Source: Gemmatimonadota bacterium (GTDB lineage Bacteria; Latescibacterota; UBA2968; UBA8231). From it: a stretch of 17,839 nucleotides of DNA. Below are positions 1 to 7,760 of this stretch, one piece after another. Position numbers and translations under genes: made by a program. The stretch's first letter is position 1, and each line of letters opens with the position of its first letter. The notes beneath the pieces were generated by a model. That model did no database searches, was not told where the DNA came from, and saw nothing but the letters and a program-made list of their open reading frames with translations. Location of the stretch: positions 1 through 17,839 of the forward strand of contig JAYPJE010000073.1 of assembly GCA_038128265.1 (NCBI GenBank). The letters run 5' to 3'.

Positions 1-9
1 GGTGTCCCG

Positions 10-38
10 TTGACCTGGTTCACACAGACGCGTTACTT
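10..38 (+). promoter_or_regulatory. Possible sigma70-type promoter for the dehydrogenase gene
   Basis: TTGACC (10-15), 17-nt spacer, TTACTT (33-38). The -35 is good and the -10 is weak. GGAG RBS at 61-64. Confidence 0.3.
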
Positions 39-71
39 CACCGTCTCGCATGCACAGCCTGGAGATCTGCC

Positions 72-1019
72 ATGAAACTGCTCGTGCGGACGAAGTGTTT
101 TCGTCCCAACAATTATTTTGTCGACATCGATGGCGTCGAATACGTCGTTGCATCTTCGAACGAAGAAATTCTTCAACGCGCTGCCGAAGTAGACGCGGCC
201 ATTGACGTGTGCAGCGCGGAGTTTATCAACGCCGCGCCGCGCCTGCGCTGGATTCAGATGCTCAGCACGGGCGTGAACAACGCGCCGTTCGACCTGCTGC
301 GTCAGCGCGGTGTTGCCCTGACGAACGCCGGAGCGTACGGTCCGAATATGGCCGACCACACGATGGCCTTTATCCTCATGCTGTGCCGACAGATACCACA
401 GATCATGCGGCGGCAAGCCGAGGAGCGCTGGCTGCGCAAGGACAAGCCGGTGCCCGACCCCGGCGAGCTAGACGGGCAGACGCTGCTGATCGTTGGCTTA
501 GGTGGCATTGGTCTCGAGACGGCCAAGCGCGCGGCCGCCTTTGGCATGCGGGTGATTGCCACGCGGCACCACGTCGATCGCCCGGTGCCCGACTACGTCC
601 ACGAAGTGCACCCGCCCGAATCGCTGCACGCGCTGCTGCCGCGGGCCGACTGGATTAACGTCAGCGTGCCCTATACGGCAGAAACGGTCGACTTAATCAG
701 CGATCGCGAGTTTGCGCTGATGAAAGACGGTGCGCACATCATTTGCCTGGCGCGCGGCGGCATCATCAATACCGAGGCGCTGCTGCGCGCGCTGGACGCG
801 GGCAAGGTCGCCGGTGCGGGGCTCGACGTGACGGATCCGGAACCGCTGCCCGACGACCATCCGCTGTGGGACTACCCCAACGTAATCATTACGCCACACG
901 CGTCGGGGCAGTCGGAGGCGGCGCATCAGCGCTTGGGGGCGCTCGTCGAAGACAACACGCGGCGGTTTTTAGCCGGACGGTCGCTGCGCAACCTCGTCAA
1001 TCTCGAGTTGCGTTACTGA
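72..1019 (+). CDS. D-2-hydroxyacid dehydrogenase family protein (phosphoglycerate-dehydrogenase-like), 315 aa
   Basis: LRWIQ...G motif and Rossmann GLGGIG. Catalytic Arg (ARGG), Glu (DPEPLP) and His (TPHASG) are present. GGAG RBS lies 7 nt upstream of the ATG. Confidence 0.93.
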   Translation: MKLLVRTKCFRPNNYFVDIDGVEYVVASSNEEILQRAAEVDAAIDVCSAEFINAAPRLRWIQMLSTGVNNAPFDLLRQRGVALTNAGAYGPNMADHTMAFILMLCRQIPQIMRRQAEERWLRKDKPVPDPGELDGQTLLIVGLGGIGLETAKRAAAFGMRVIATRHHVDRPVPDYVHEVHPPESLHALLPRADWINVSVPYTAETVDLISDREFALMKDGAHIICLARGGIINTEALLRALDAGKVAGAGLDVTDPEPLPDDHPLWDYPNVIITPHASGQSEAAHQRLGALVEDNTRRFLAGRSLRNLVNLELRY

Positions 1020-2236
1020 TTGGCGGCGCGCAGGCGAACGACCATCAGCATCAGCGCGATCATGGTGGCCGTCAGCAGCGCGAGTGCGACGGAAAACCCG
1101 CCCGTCAGATCAAAGAGCACCCCCAGCGATAGCGGCCCCAGCACGCCGCCGATTTCGGCCGCAGAAAAAAACAGCCCGCCCGCCGTGCCGGCCCGCGCTG
1201 CACCTACCTGTGGCTGTTCGACTAAGATGAGCATAGCTACGGCCATCATGGAGCTCTGCGCTATCCCCTGTAAGACGAGGCCAACTGCAATCCACGGCAT
1301 TGCTGTGCTCTGTAGCAGCAGACTGGCACATGCCCCACAAAAGAGCAGGGCGAGCATCACGCCGTAGCGGCGCGGAGCCGTTGCTAGGCGCGGGATGGTC
1401 AGCGCCGAAGCGATGCCGACGGCGACGGGCAGGGCGGCCCAGCGGCTGGCCTCCTGCACGGATAGCCCGGTCGTGCGCAGGATCTCCGGCAGCCAATTGC
1501 CCAGTCCGTGGCTAAAAAAGAATAGCCCAACGCTCATAAGCAGGATCAGGCGAACAGGGCTCGAGCCGAGTAGGTCGCGAAACACCTCGCGCTGCGGCGG
1601 TCGAGTGACACCCACTAACAGTGCTTCGCTGGCGCGAAAAGATGGGTGGGCGCTGATGAGAAGCCACACGGCGCTGGCCACAGCGACAAAGCCGGCATAG
1701 ACTAGGTAGACTAGTCGCCAGTTGCCACCGGCCAGCGGCATGGCGACGCTGTTGGTTAGCGTGAGCGCCGCGATACCGCCCAGCGCGGGTCCCGTGGTAT
1801 AGAGTCCGATGGCCAGGCCGCGCTCGCGTCCCTCAAACCACAGGGCGACCAGCTTGGGTGCACCGATGCTGATGAGCGGACCACCGGTGCCAAAGACGGC
1901 AACGGCTAGGAAGAGCGACAGATGGCTCTCGGCCGCAGCGCGCAGCGCGCCCGACAGGGCGATGAGCAGCGCTGCGGCCAGCAGCGCTCGTCGCGGTCCA
2001 ACGCGGTCTAGCGCCATGCCGAGGGGAATGGCCGAACCGATATAAATCAGCTGCCAGGCGCCGAGAATGCTGCCCATAGCCGATGCGGATAGCGCTAGCT
2101 CGGTGCGGATGGCCGATACGAGGGGCGGCAGTGCGCCCGACGTTAGGCCAAAGCAGAAGTAGACCAGCCAGACGCCGGCCAGCACGGCCCAGCGATAGGG
2201 AGGACGTTCGTCCGGATCAGCGGCGGGATCGGTCAA
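1013..2236 (-). CDS. MFS transporter, CynX/NimT-like, about 407 aa
   Basis: About 12 hydrophobic segments, MFS motif A (GMALDRVGPRR) and WFEGRERGLAIG. Start reassigned to TTG at 2236, which overlaps the upstream TGA (TTGA). The track's extension to 2374 lies inside the amidohydrolase gene. Confidence 0.88.
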   Translation of the reverse strand: MTDPAADPDERPPYRWAVLAGVWLVYFCFGLTSGALPPLVSAIRTELALSASAMGSILGAWQLIYIGSAIPLGMALDRVGPRRALLAAALLIALSGALRAAAESHLSLFLAVAVFGTGGPLISIGAPKLVALWFEGRERGLAIGLYTTGPALGGIAALTLTNSVAMPLAGGNWRLVYLVYAGFVAVASAVWLLISAHPSFRASEALLVGVTRPPQREVFRDLLGSSPVRLILLMSVGLFFFSHGLGNWLPEILRTTGLSVQEASRWAALPVAVGIASALTIPRLATAPRRYGVMLALLFCGACASLLLQSTAMPWIAVGLVLQGIAQSSMMAVAMLILVEQPQVGAARAGTAGGLFFSAAEIGGVLGPLSLGVLFDLTGGFSVALALLTATMIALMLMVVRLRAANQ

Positions 2237-3336
2237 CGGGCAAAGAGGCGACGGGCGTTGTCGCCCAGCAGGGCGCGCCGTTCGTCGTCGCCGAAAAAAT
2301 CGCAGTAGTCGAGGTAGCTGCGCGCTTGGCGGTAGGTGCAGTAGCGCTCGACGTTGGGCATGTCCGAGCCCCAAATCAATCGCTCGCTGCCGATCTGGTC
2401 ATAGAGCTGGCGTATGTGCTGCCGCGCGCGCTCATAGGGATAGTCGGTGCGCCCGCCCCAGGCGATTGGGTAGAGCACCTCGGAATAGACGGGATAGTGA
2501 ACCAGAATGTCGCGCAGATAGTCGGGCAGGACAAAGTGGTCGTCCCCGTCGGCAAAGAGCGCCGTTGGCACGCCGTGTACTAGCACGGAGCGAATTCGGC
2601 CGTAGCGTTCTAGCCATGTGCGAAACAGCGCCATCTCCTCGCGAAAACCGCCGGCCGGAGAGTCCCCTAAAAAAACCCAGAATACCGGAATATCTAACGC
2701 GGCGACCGCATCCCAAAACGGGTAGTAGAGCGGTTCGCTGAATAGGTCGGCATAGCCGTTGCGAAAAAAGCCGGAGAGCGTGTAGTAGAGCCCGCGCATG
2801 TGCAGCGCTTGCACGGCGTGGTGCAGGCGCGCGATCTGATCGTCGCGGTAGGCAAAGGCCTCATCGACGTTGGCCAGCCCGATGACGCGATCCGGATAGC
2901 GCGCTGCGGCTTCGGCAAAGTAGGCCGATAGGTCACCGTATATGTGATCGTTGTGCAGTACGGCTGTCTGTATGCCGGCGTAGTCCATCTGAGCGATCAG
3001 CGCGTCGGCGCTAAAGTGCATATCCTGCAAGCTGGGCGGTAGGAACTGCACGTAGTAGTCTTCGCCGTCGACGCGCCACTCAAAGCGCCCAAAGCGTCCA
3101 ACGCGGAAGTGAGCCTCCCGTCGACCCGCCTCCGAGGCATCGACTGCATCCCACAGGTGCTTTTCCCGCACGAGAGCGTGATCGCGCGCGCGGCGCACGG
3201 GCTGGTTGCCGTGCGTGTGCATGGCGCGCTGCTGAAAGAGGCGATGCGTCGCTGCATCGGGCAGTCCGCAGGCACCGTCCAACGGAGGGAAGATATGGGC
3301 GTGGCAGTCGACGATATCGGCTGTGGGCGTGTTCAC
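2233..3336 (-). CDS. Amidohydrolase family protein (Amidohydro_2-like TIM barrel), about 367 aa
   Basis: DCHAH metal motif, MDYAGI, YPDRVIG, VLVHG, RLIWGSDMP and C-terminal LLGDNARRLF. Start reassigned to GTG at 3336 (GTGA overlap with the upstream stop). Confidence 0.9.
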   Translation of the reverse strand: MNTPTADIVDCHAHIFPPLDGACGLPDAATHRLFQQRAMHTHGNQPVRRARDHALVREKHLWDAVDASEAGRREAHFRVGRFGRFEWRVDGEDYYVQFLPPSLQDMHFSADALIAQMDYAGIQTAVLHNDHIYGDLSAYFAEAAARYPDRVIGLANVDEAFAYRDDQIARLHHAVQALHMRGLYYTLSGFFRNGYADLFSEPLYYPFWDAVAALDIPVFWVFLGDSPAGGFREEMALFRTWLERYGRIRSVLVHGVPTALFADGDDHFVLPDYLRDILVHYPVYSEVLYPIAWGGRTDYPYERARQHIRQLYDQIGSERLIWGSDMPNVERYCTYRQARSYLDYCDFFGDDERRALLGDNARRLFAR

Positions 3337-4112
3337 GAATGTGCTTTCTGAGATGGATGCGCAGCGAGTATAGCGGCTTGCGGATCGTCGGGCAAGCGCG
3401 CGTCTTCGCGCCGCCACATGCGCAGCGTTAGGGGTAGGAGGATCAGCAGGTACATTACCCAGCCAACCAGCAGCGCGGCGGGCAGGCCGAGCGACGGTTG
3501 GGTCATATAGGCAGCCATGAGCAGTGCGCACATACCCATGGCAAAGACCGGTGCCTGCCGACACACGCTCCACAGGCCCTTGCGTGCCTCGTAGAGGCCG
3601 ACGACACCGACGAGCGGAAACAGCGTGGCAAAGCCCTGTAGCGCGCTCTTGATGTAGATCAATAGGCCAACCACGGCGGCTACCGTTGGCAGCTTGAGGT
3701 AAACGGGTAGCGGCGTGCGGTGATGCGGCTCGCTGCGCGGTGGCTGCCATAGGAAGAGCGCTAGGGCGAGTGGGCCGACGACTCCGACGCATATCCAGAA
3801 CGATTCGGATTGGATGGGAACGAGGGAGAGCAGCGTGCGGCTGCTGCCTACATAGAGAATCAGGCCCAGTGCGATGGATGGAACGATGGGCAAGTAGCGG
3901 TGCAGCAGGCGAATGGCGTGGTAGTAGATCAGCAGGACGAGCAGGGCCAGCACGTGCGTCGCGTCGATCGGCTGTGCCTGGCCAAGGGCGATGGTCGTGA
4001 AGGGAAAGGGCAGCGCGAGGGCCAGCGCCTTCCAGCGCGGTTGCGGCAGATAGGCCATGGCCGTTACCTGCAGCGAGACGACGGCCAGCAGAGCAAAGTC
4101 CCAGGTGTGCAA
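3333..4112 (-). CDS. Hypothetical polytopic membrane protein, about 8 TM, 259 aa
   Basis: Two hydrophobic blocks joined by a polar linker (QPPRSEPHHRTP). TTG start lies 2 nt after the upstream TAG, and the stop overlaps the next start. Confidence 0.75.
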   Translation of the reverse strand: MHTWDFALLAVVSLQVTAMAYLPQPRWKALALALPFPFTTIALGQAQPIDATHVLALLVLLIYYHAIRLLHRYLPIVPSIALGLILYVGSSRTLLSLVPIQSESFWICVGVVGPLALALFLWQPPRSEPHHRTPLPVYLKLPTVAAVVGLLIYIKSALQGFATLFPLVGVVGLYEARKGLWSVCRQAPVFAMGMCALLMAAYMTQPSLGLPAALLVGWVMYLLILLPLTLRMWRREDARLPDDPQAAILAAHPSQKAHS

Positions 4113-4114
4113 GG

Positions 4115-4945
4115 CTAGTGGCGGATGGGGAGTGGGCGTCCGGCTAGCTTTTTCGCTAGGGCGAAGACGACGAGGTTGACGCCGAACTGCAGGTTCCGTT
4201 CGCGCCCTTCGGCTTTGATGTTGGCCCAGAGCCAGCTAATATTGAGGTCGCTGAAGATAACGGCCGTGCGTCCGCGAATTTCGATGGCTTCCAGATCGCG
4301 CACGTCGCCGTTGGGTACACCGCTTAGAGGGGGTCCGTCGAGAAAGGGAAAGTAGGCGGTGTAGATGGGGTGGTGCTTGGGCAGGCGCTTCCAGTTGCGC
4401 CCCTGGCTGCCGAGCACGAGCGGGTCTTGAATCAGCGCCTTGAGCTGGCGGTCAAAGGGGGTGCCGATGCGGCCGACGCCCTCGGGCCTCCGCGCTTCGA
4501 AATTGTCGCTCAGAGGCGCTACGTCCTCCGCATAGAGCAGCCCACCCTTGCGCAGGTATTGCCCAAGGGCCCTCTTTTCGTCGTCGTTGAGGCGTACGAC
4601 CGCATCGTGTCCCGTCATGTAGAGCAGCGTGGCGTCAGAAAGGCGCTGGCTGTAGAGAGTTTGGCTATTCCAGAGGATGCGCGCTTCTAGCTGCACTTCT
4701 TTGGAGAGAAAATCAATTAGCTCGGGCAGGGCTAGGCCGAGATAGTCGCGCTGCTTGACGGCGTCGTTATACTCGACGGCGGTGATGTAAAAAGGACCGG
4801 TTGGCGCTGGGCCGCTTGCGCGCGCCGGCTCGGGGACCGACAGATCGGGCCGTTCGTCTTGGGCGCATAGCGGTGTGGCGACGGCCAGCGCCAAGCAGGC
4901 CAGCCAGCGCATCCCGTGGGCAGTAGCGCTTCTGCGCAATACCAT
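4115..4945 (-). CDS. DUF4159-like protein with predicted signal peptide
   Basis: LYMTGH...DDEKRALGQYLRKGGLLYAED, HPIY and GVNLVVFAL match my recollection of the DUF4159 pattern. N-terminal MRWLACLALAVATPLCAQ looks like a signal peptide. AAAGGA lies 8 nt before ATG 4945; GTG 4951 is an alternative start. Confidence 0.75.
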   Translation of the reverse strand: MVLRRSATAHGMRWLACLALAVATPLCAQDERPDLSVPEPARASGPAPTGPFYITAVEYNDAVKQRDYLGLALPELIDFLSKEVQLEARILWNSQTLYSQRLSDATLLYMTGHDAVVRLNDDEKRALGQYLRKGGLLYAEDVAPLSDNFEARRPEGVGRIGTPFDRQLKALIQDPLVLGSQGRNWKRLPKHHPIYTAYFPFLDGPPLSGVPNGDVRDLEAIEIRGRTAVIFSDLNISWLWANIKAEGRERNLQFGVNLVVFALAKKLAGRPLPIRH

Positions 4946-5074
4946 GGGCACGATCCTTTCTCTATCCGCAGTGCACTACGTCAAGAAAGCGGCGGGCCCT
5001 GTCCTCGTCAAGCCGGATGGCATGTTCGGGTATGAGCGACGATACTGATGGAGCCACAGCGTGCGCAGGGGCGG

Positions 5075-6013
5075 TCAGGTCTGCTGGTCGCGCTGGTCGC
5101 GCAGTGCGCGCTGCACTTCGACCAGCAAACCGTATACTGGAGCCTGGCGCGCGGCATCGCCCAGGCCAATTTGCATGGACGGATCGATCCACACATCGGC
5201 GTCGTTGGGATCGGTGCGCACTGTGGTATCGATAAACGGATCCCAGCCAACCCACGCGCTTTTCGAAGCGGTGAAAAAGGTATTTTTCCAGTAGAGTCCA
5301 CCGTGCGCTATGACGAGGCCTCGTTTGCCTTTCCTTTCTTCTGTCAGGTCGAGAAAGGCGATGATCTGCTCGTCTTCGGGCAGGGCCATCTCGCGGTACA
5401 CCGTTTCTTTGCGCGCCTCGTCCAGGTCCGCGGCCGCTACAAAGAAACTCGTTTCTGACGAGTGGTCTCGGCATAGTTGGGCGAGGAGCGCGTGCGTGCC
5501 GTCGCCAAACCAAGCCGGCATCAGCGCGTTCTCTGGCACGGGGTGTGCCAGATACGGAGCGAGTATTTGCGTGATCCGATCGGCCGCTATTTTTCCCTCG
5601 TCGGGATTGGCTAGGGTAAATACCTCTATGAGGTCGTCGTCCATATCTTCATCGAGCGTCCACAGAGTGAGGTTGGCGCGCGGGGACCGCCGGTAGCGCC
5701 CCCAGTGTTCGATTTCGAAATCGACTTTACTCACCGCGCTAAAATGGACGGTGCGCTGCTTTACGCCGAATAGCTTTCGGTGCTGCGTGCAGATTTTCTG
5801 TTGTGCTGGGTAGAATGCGGTCGTCATAGAAAAACTGCTGTTGCGTATGAGCATGGCAAAAGTGATCAGAGATAAAATGATGCGTATCCACAGCGGGCCA
5901 TCGTTTGCGTAGGCGATCGCACTGATGCCGACGAGCGCGGCAACCACGCACCAGTGCATCACAGGGACTTGGCGTATGGCATAGTCTCCGGTGGTTGTTT
6001 CTCGGGTTTGCAA
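5075..6013 (-). CDS. Hypothetical membrane-anchored protein (2 TM plus two soluble, possibly PH-like, domains), about 312 aa
   Basis: Long ORF filling the gap between co-oriented genes. TTG at 6013 has GGGAG 7 nt upstream; ATG 5959 is an alternative start. Two N-terminal hydrophobic helices are followed by beta-rich regions. Confidence 0.7.
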   Translation of the reverse strand: MQTRETTTGDYAIRQVPVMHWCVVAALVGISAIAYANDGPLWIRIILSLITFAMLIRNSSFSMTTAFYPAQQKICTQHRKLFGVKQRTVHFSAVSKVDFEIEHWGRYRRSPRANLTLWTLDEDMDDDLIEVFTLANPDEGKIAADRITQILAPYLAHPVPENALMPAWFGDGTHALLAQLCRDHSSETSFFVAAADLDEARKETVYREMALPEDEQIIAFLDLTEERKGKRGLVIAHGGLYWKNTFFTASKSAWVGWDPFIDTTVRTDPNDADVWIDPSMQIGLGDAARQAPVYGLLVEVQRALRDQRDQQT

Positions 6014-6084
6014 TGGGGAGCTCCCGCATGCGAGGTGAGGTGATGCCGCGCCGAGGATGCTGTCGTTGGTGCGCCGTGCGTGCG

Positions 6085-6714
6085 CTAGGTGATATCGTCG
6101 CGACTGCCCGTCTGCAAATGGCTGGTATCGCCCAATACGTGCAGCATCCAGCCGCCGTTCTGGTGGCAAATGAGGTTATAGCTAGTATTGGCCATGGCAA
6201 AGCGGCGCTCGGCTGCTAGGTCGAGTCCCAGCACGTATTTGATGGCCATCGTGATGGTGCCGCCGTGCGTTACGACGGCAATATGTTCGCCAGCGTGGCG
6301 GGCGGCCAGTTGTTCTAGGCACTGGACAACGCGCTCGAAAAACTGACGCGTGCTCTCCCCTTCGGGAATTTGGTAGTCCGGGTCGCCTGATATATAGGCG
6401 GCGTGGGCCTCGGGATGGAGCCCCTCGACATCGCTTCTGGCCAGCCCCTGAAAAATGCCGTAGTGCCGTTCCCCCAGACCAGGCTCGATGCGCAGGTCTA
6501 GCCCGGTCGCCTCGACTAGGGGTGCCGCCGTCTCCTGCGTGCGCTCGAGGTCGCTGGCGTAGAGCGCGTCGAGCGGTTCGTAGCGCAGGCGCACGGCCAG
6601 TGCGCGCGCCTGCTGGCGTCCTTCGTCGGTGAGGGGGCTATTTTGCTGACCCTGATAGAGCCCCAGCGCGTTCCACTCCGTTTCACCGTGGCGAATGAGG
6701 ACGATGCGCGTCAC
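6085..6714 (-). CDS. Histidine phosphatase family protein (phosphoglycerate-mutase-like, CobC/PspA/GpmB type), 209 aa
   Basis: RHGETEWN, QGQQNSPLT, YASDLERTQETA, PEGES and VVTHGG. The GTG start overlaps the upstream TGA. Confidence 0.93.
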   Translation of the reverse strand: MTRIVLIRHGETEWNALGLYQGQQNSPLTDEGRQQARALAVRLRYEPLDALYASDLERTQETAAPLVEATGLDLRIEPGLGERHYGIFQGLARSDVEGLHPEAHAAYISGDPDYQIPEGESTRQFFERVVQCLEQLAARHAGEHIAVVTHGGTITMAIKYVLGLDLAAERRFAMANTSYNLICHQNGGWMLHVLGDTSHLQTGSRDDIT

Positions 6715-7691
6715 GGATAGAGCTTCTCGACAACCTGAATAAGGGCCTGCATAAAGCCGATGCAGTGGGCGCGGCCGCGATGCCCCCAGGGCGTATCGCC
6801 GGCTACGTGCGGCACGTGGTCGGTAATCATAAAACCTTCGAAGCCGACTTTGCGCAGCACTTTGACTACTTCAAAGGTGTCGACCTGGCCGCAGTCTATA
6901 AAGGTCTCGTGAAAGTTTTCTACCGGACCGATGACGTCGCGAAAGTGGATGTAGATGATCTTGTCGCGTCCGCCAAAGTGCTTGACGGCGCGTATGACGT
7001 TGTCGTGTCCGCCCATTTCCGACCAGCAGCCCATGCAGAAGTCGAGGCCGTGGTGGTCGCTGTCAAAGGTGTCCATATTGCGTTTGAAATCGTCAAAGCT
7101 GCTGCAGATGCGCGCGATGCCGCCCAGCGTGTTGCCCGTAGGCGGATCGTCCGGGTGCAGCGCCAAGCGCACGTTGGATGCTTCGGCGACAGGGAGCAAA
7201 CGCTCCAGGTACCAGCAGTAGTTTTCCCACATTTCCTCATGGGTGTAGATCCGCCCATGCGTCAACTGCTCGGGGTCGTGCTCGGCCAGGTTAAAGCGCG
7301 TGGCGCGGGCGCCGCCGCGCAGGGTGGCTGGTTCGGGCGTGCGCCAGACGCTGTTGGGCATCCAGTGATAGCCGAGGATGGGAATGCCGGCCTTGCCCAT
7401 ATTGCGCACCGTATTGATCATGTGCTGGAGCTGCTCTTCGCGTCCGTCCTGTCCGAGCATAATCTTGTCGTAAAAGGGGACGGGCACGTTTTCTAACGCC
7501 ATAAGCCGCAGTTCGGCCGCGTCGGCTTTGGCCTTGATGGCGGCTAGGTCCTCGTACTCCCACTGCTGATCGCCGGGCAGCTTGGGTGTATTCATGAGAA
7601 AATCATCGACGCCAATCTGCTTGATGAAGGCCAGCAATTCATCGCTGATTTCGTTAAACTGCCCCAGGCCAACGCGCATCTTGAGTGACAT
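6711..7691 (-). CDS. Mannonate dehydratase (UxuA) family protein, divergent paralogue, 326 aa
   Basis: KIMLG..GRE, GIPILGYHWMP, RGGA, LLPVAE, ALHPDDPP, IHFRDV, FHETFID and TDHVP. AGGAG RBS. It lacks the canonical RPDH Arg and PGY. Confidence 0.88.
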   Translation of the reverse strand: MSLKMRVGLGQFNEISDELLAFIKQIGVDDFLMNTPKLPGDQQWEYEDLAAIKAKADAAELRLMALENVPVPFYDKIMLGQDGREEQLQHMINTVRNMGKAGIPILGYHWMPNSVWRTPEPATLRGGARATRFNLAEHDPEQLTHGRIYTHEEMWENYCWYLERLLPVAEASNVRLALHPDDPPTGNTLGGIARICSSFDDFKRNMDTFDSDHHGLDFCMGCWSEMGGHDNVIRAVKHFGGRDKIIYIHFRDVIGPVENFHETFIDCGQVDTFEVVKVLRKVGFEGFMITDHVPHVAGDTPWGHRGRAHCIGFMQALIQVVEKLYP

Positions 7692-7760
7692 GGTTTAAGG
7701 TCTCCTAATAGTGGAACAGCTTGGGTGGCGACGGGAATGTGGAGAAAAGCAATTTGGGCG

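Noticed and set aside
3337..3792. Long N-terminal extensions in the ORF track (amidohydrolase to 3792, MFS to 2374, Nudix to 11848, ArsC to 10263, hypothetical to 6169) suggesting fusions or overlapping genes
   Set aside because: The extensions are off-frame reads of the upstream genes. Better starts exist at stop/start junctions or after an RBS.
4979..5012. Direct repeat CGTCAAG (4979-4985 and 5006-5012; TTGACG on the minus strand) upstream of the DUF4159 unit
   Set aside because: Only 7 bp in two copies and no convincing -10 at the right spacing. It cannot be separated from chance.
6765..7496. 243-aa antisense ORF opposite the UxuA paralogue (similar shadows at 8895-9479, 7725-8114, 16159-16645 and 16980-17351)
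   Set aside because: No recognisable motifs. Such antisense ORFs are expected from codon bias in GC-rich genes.
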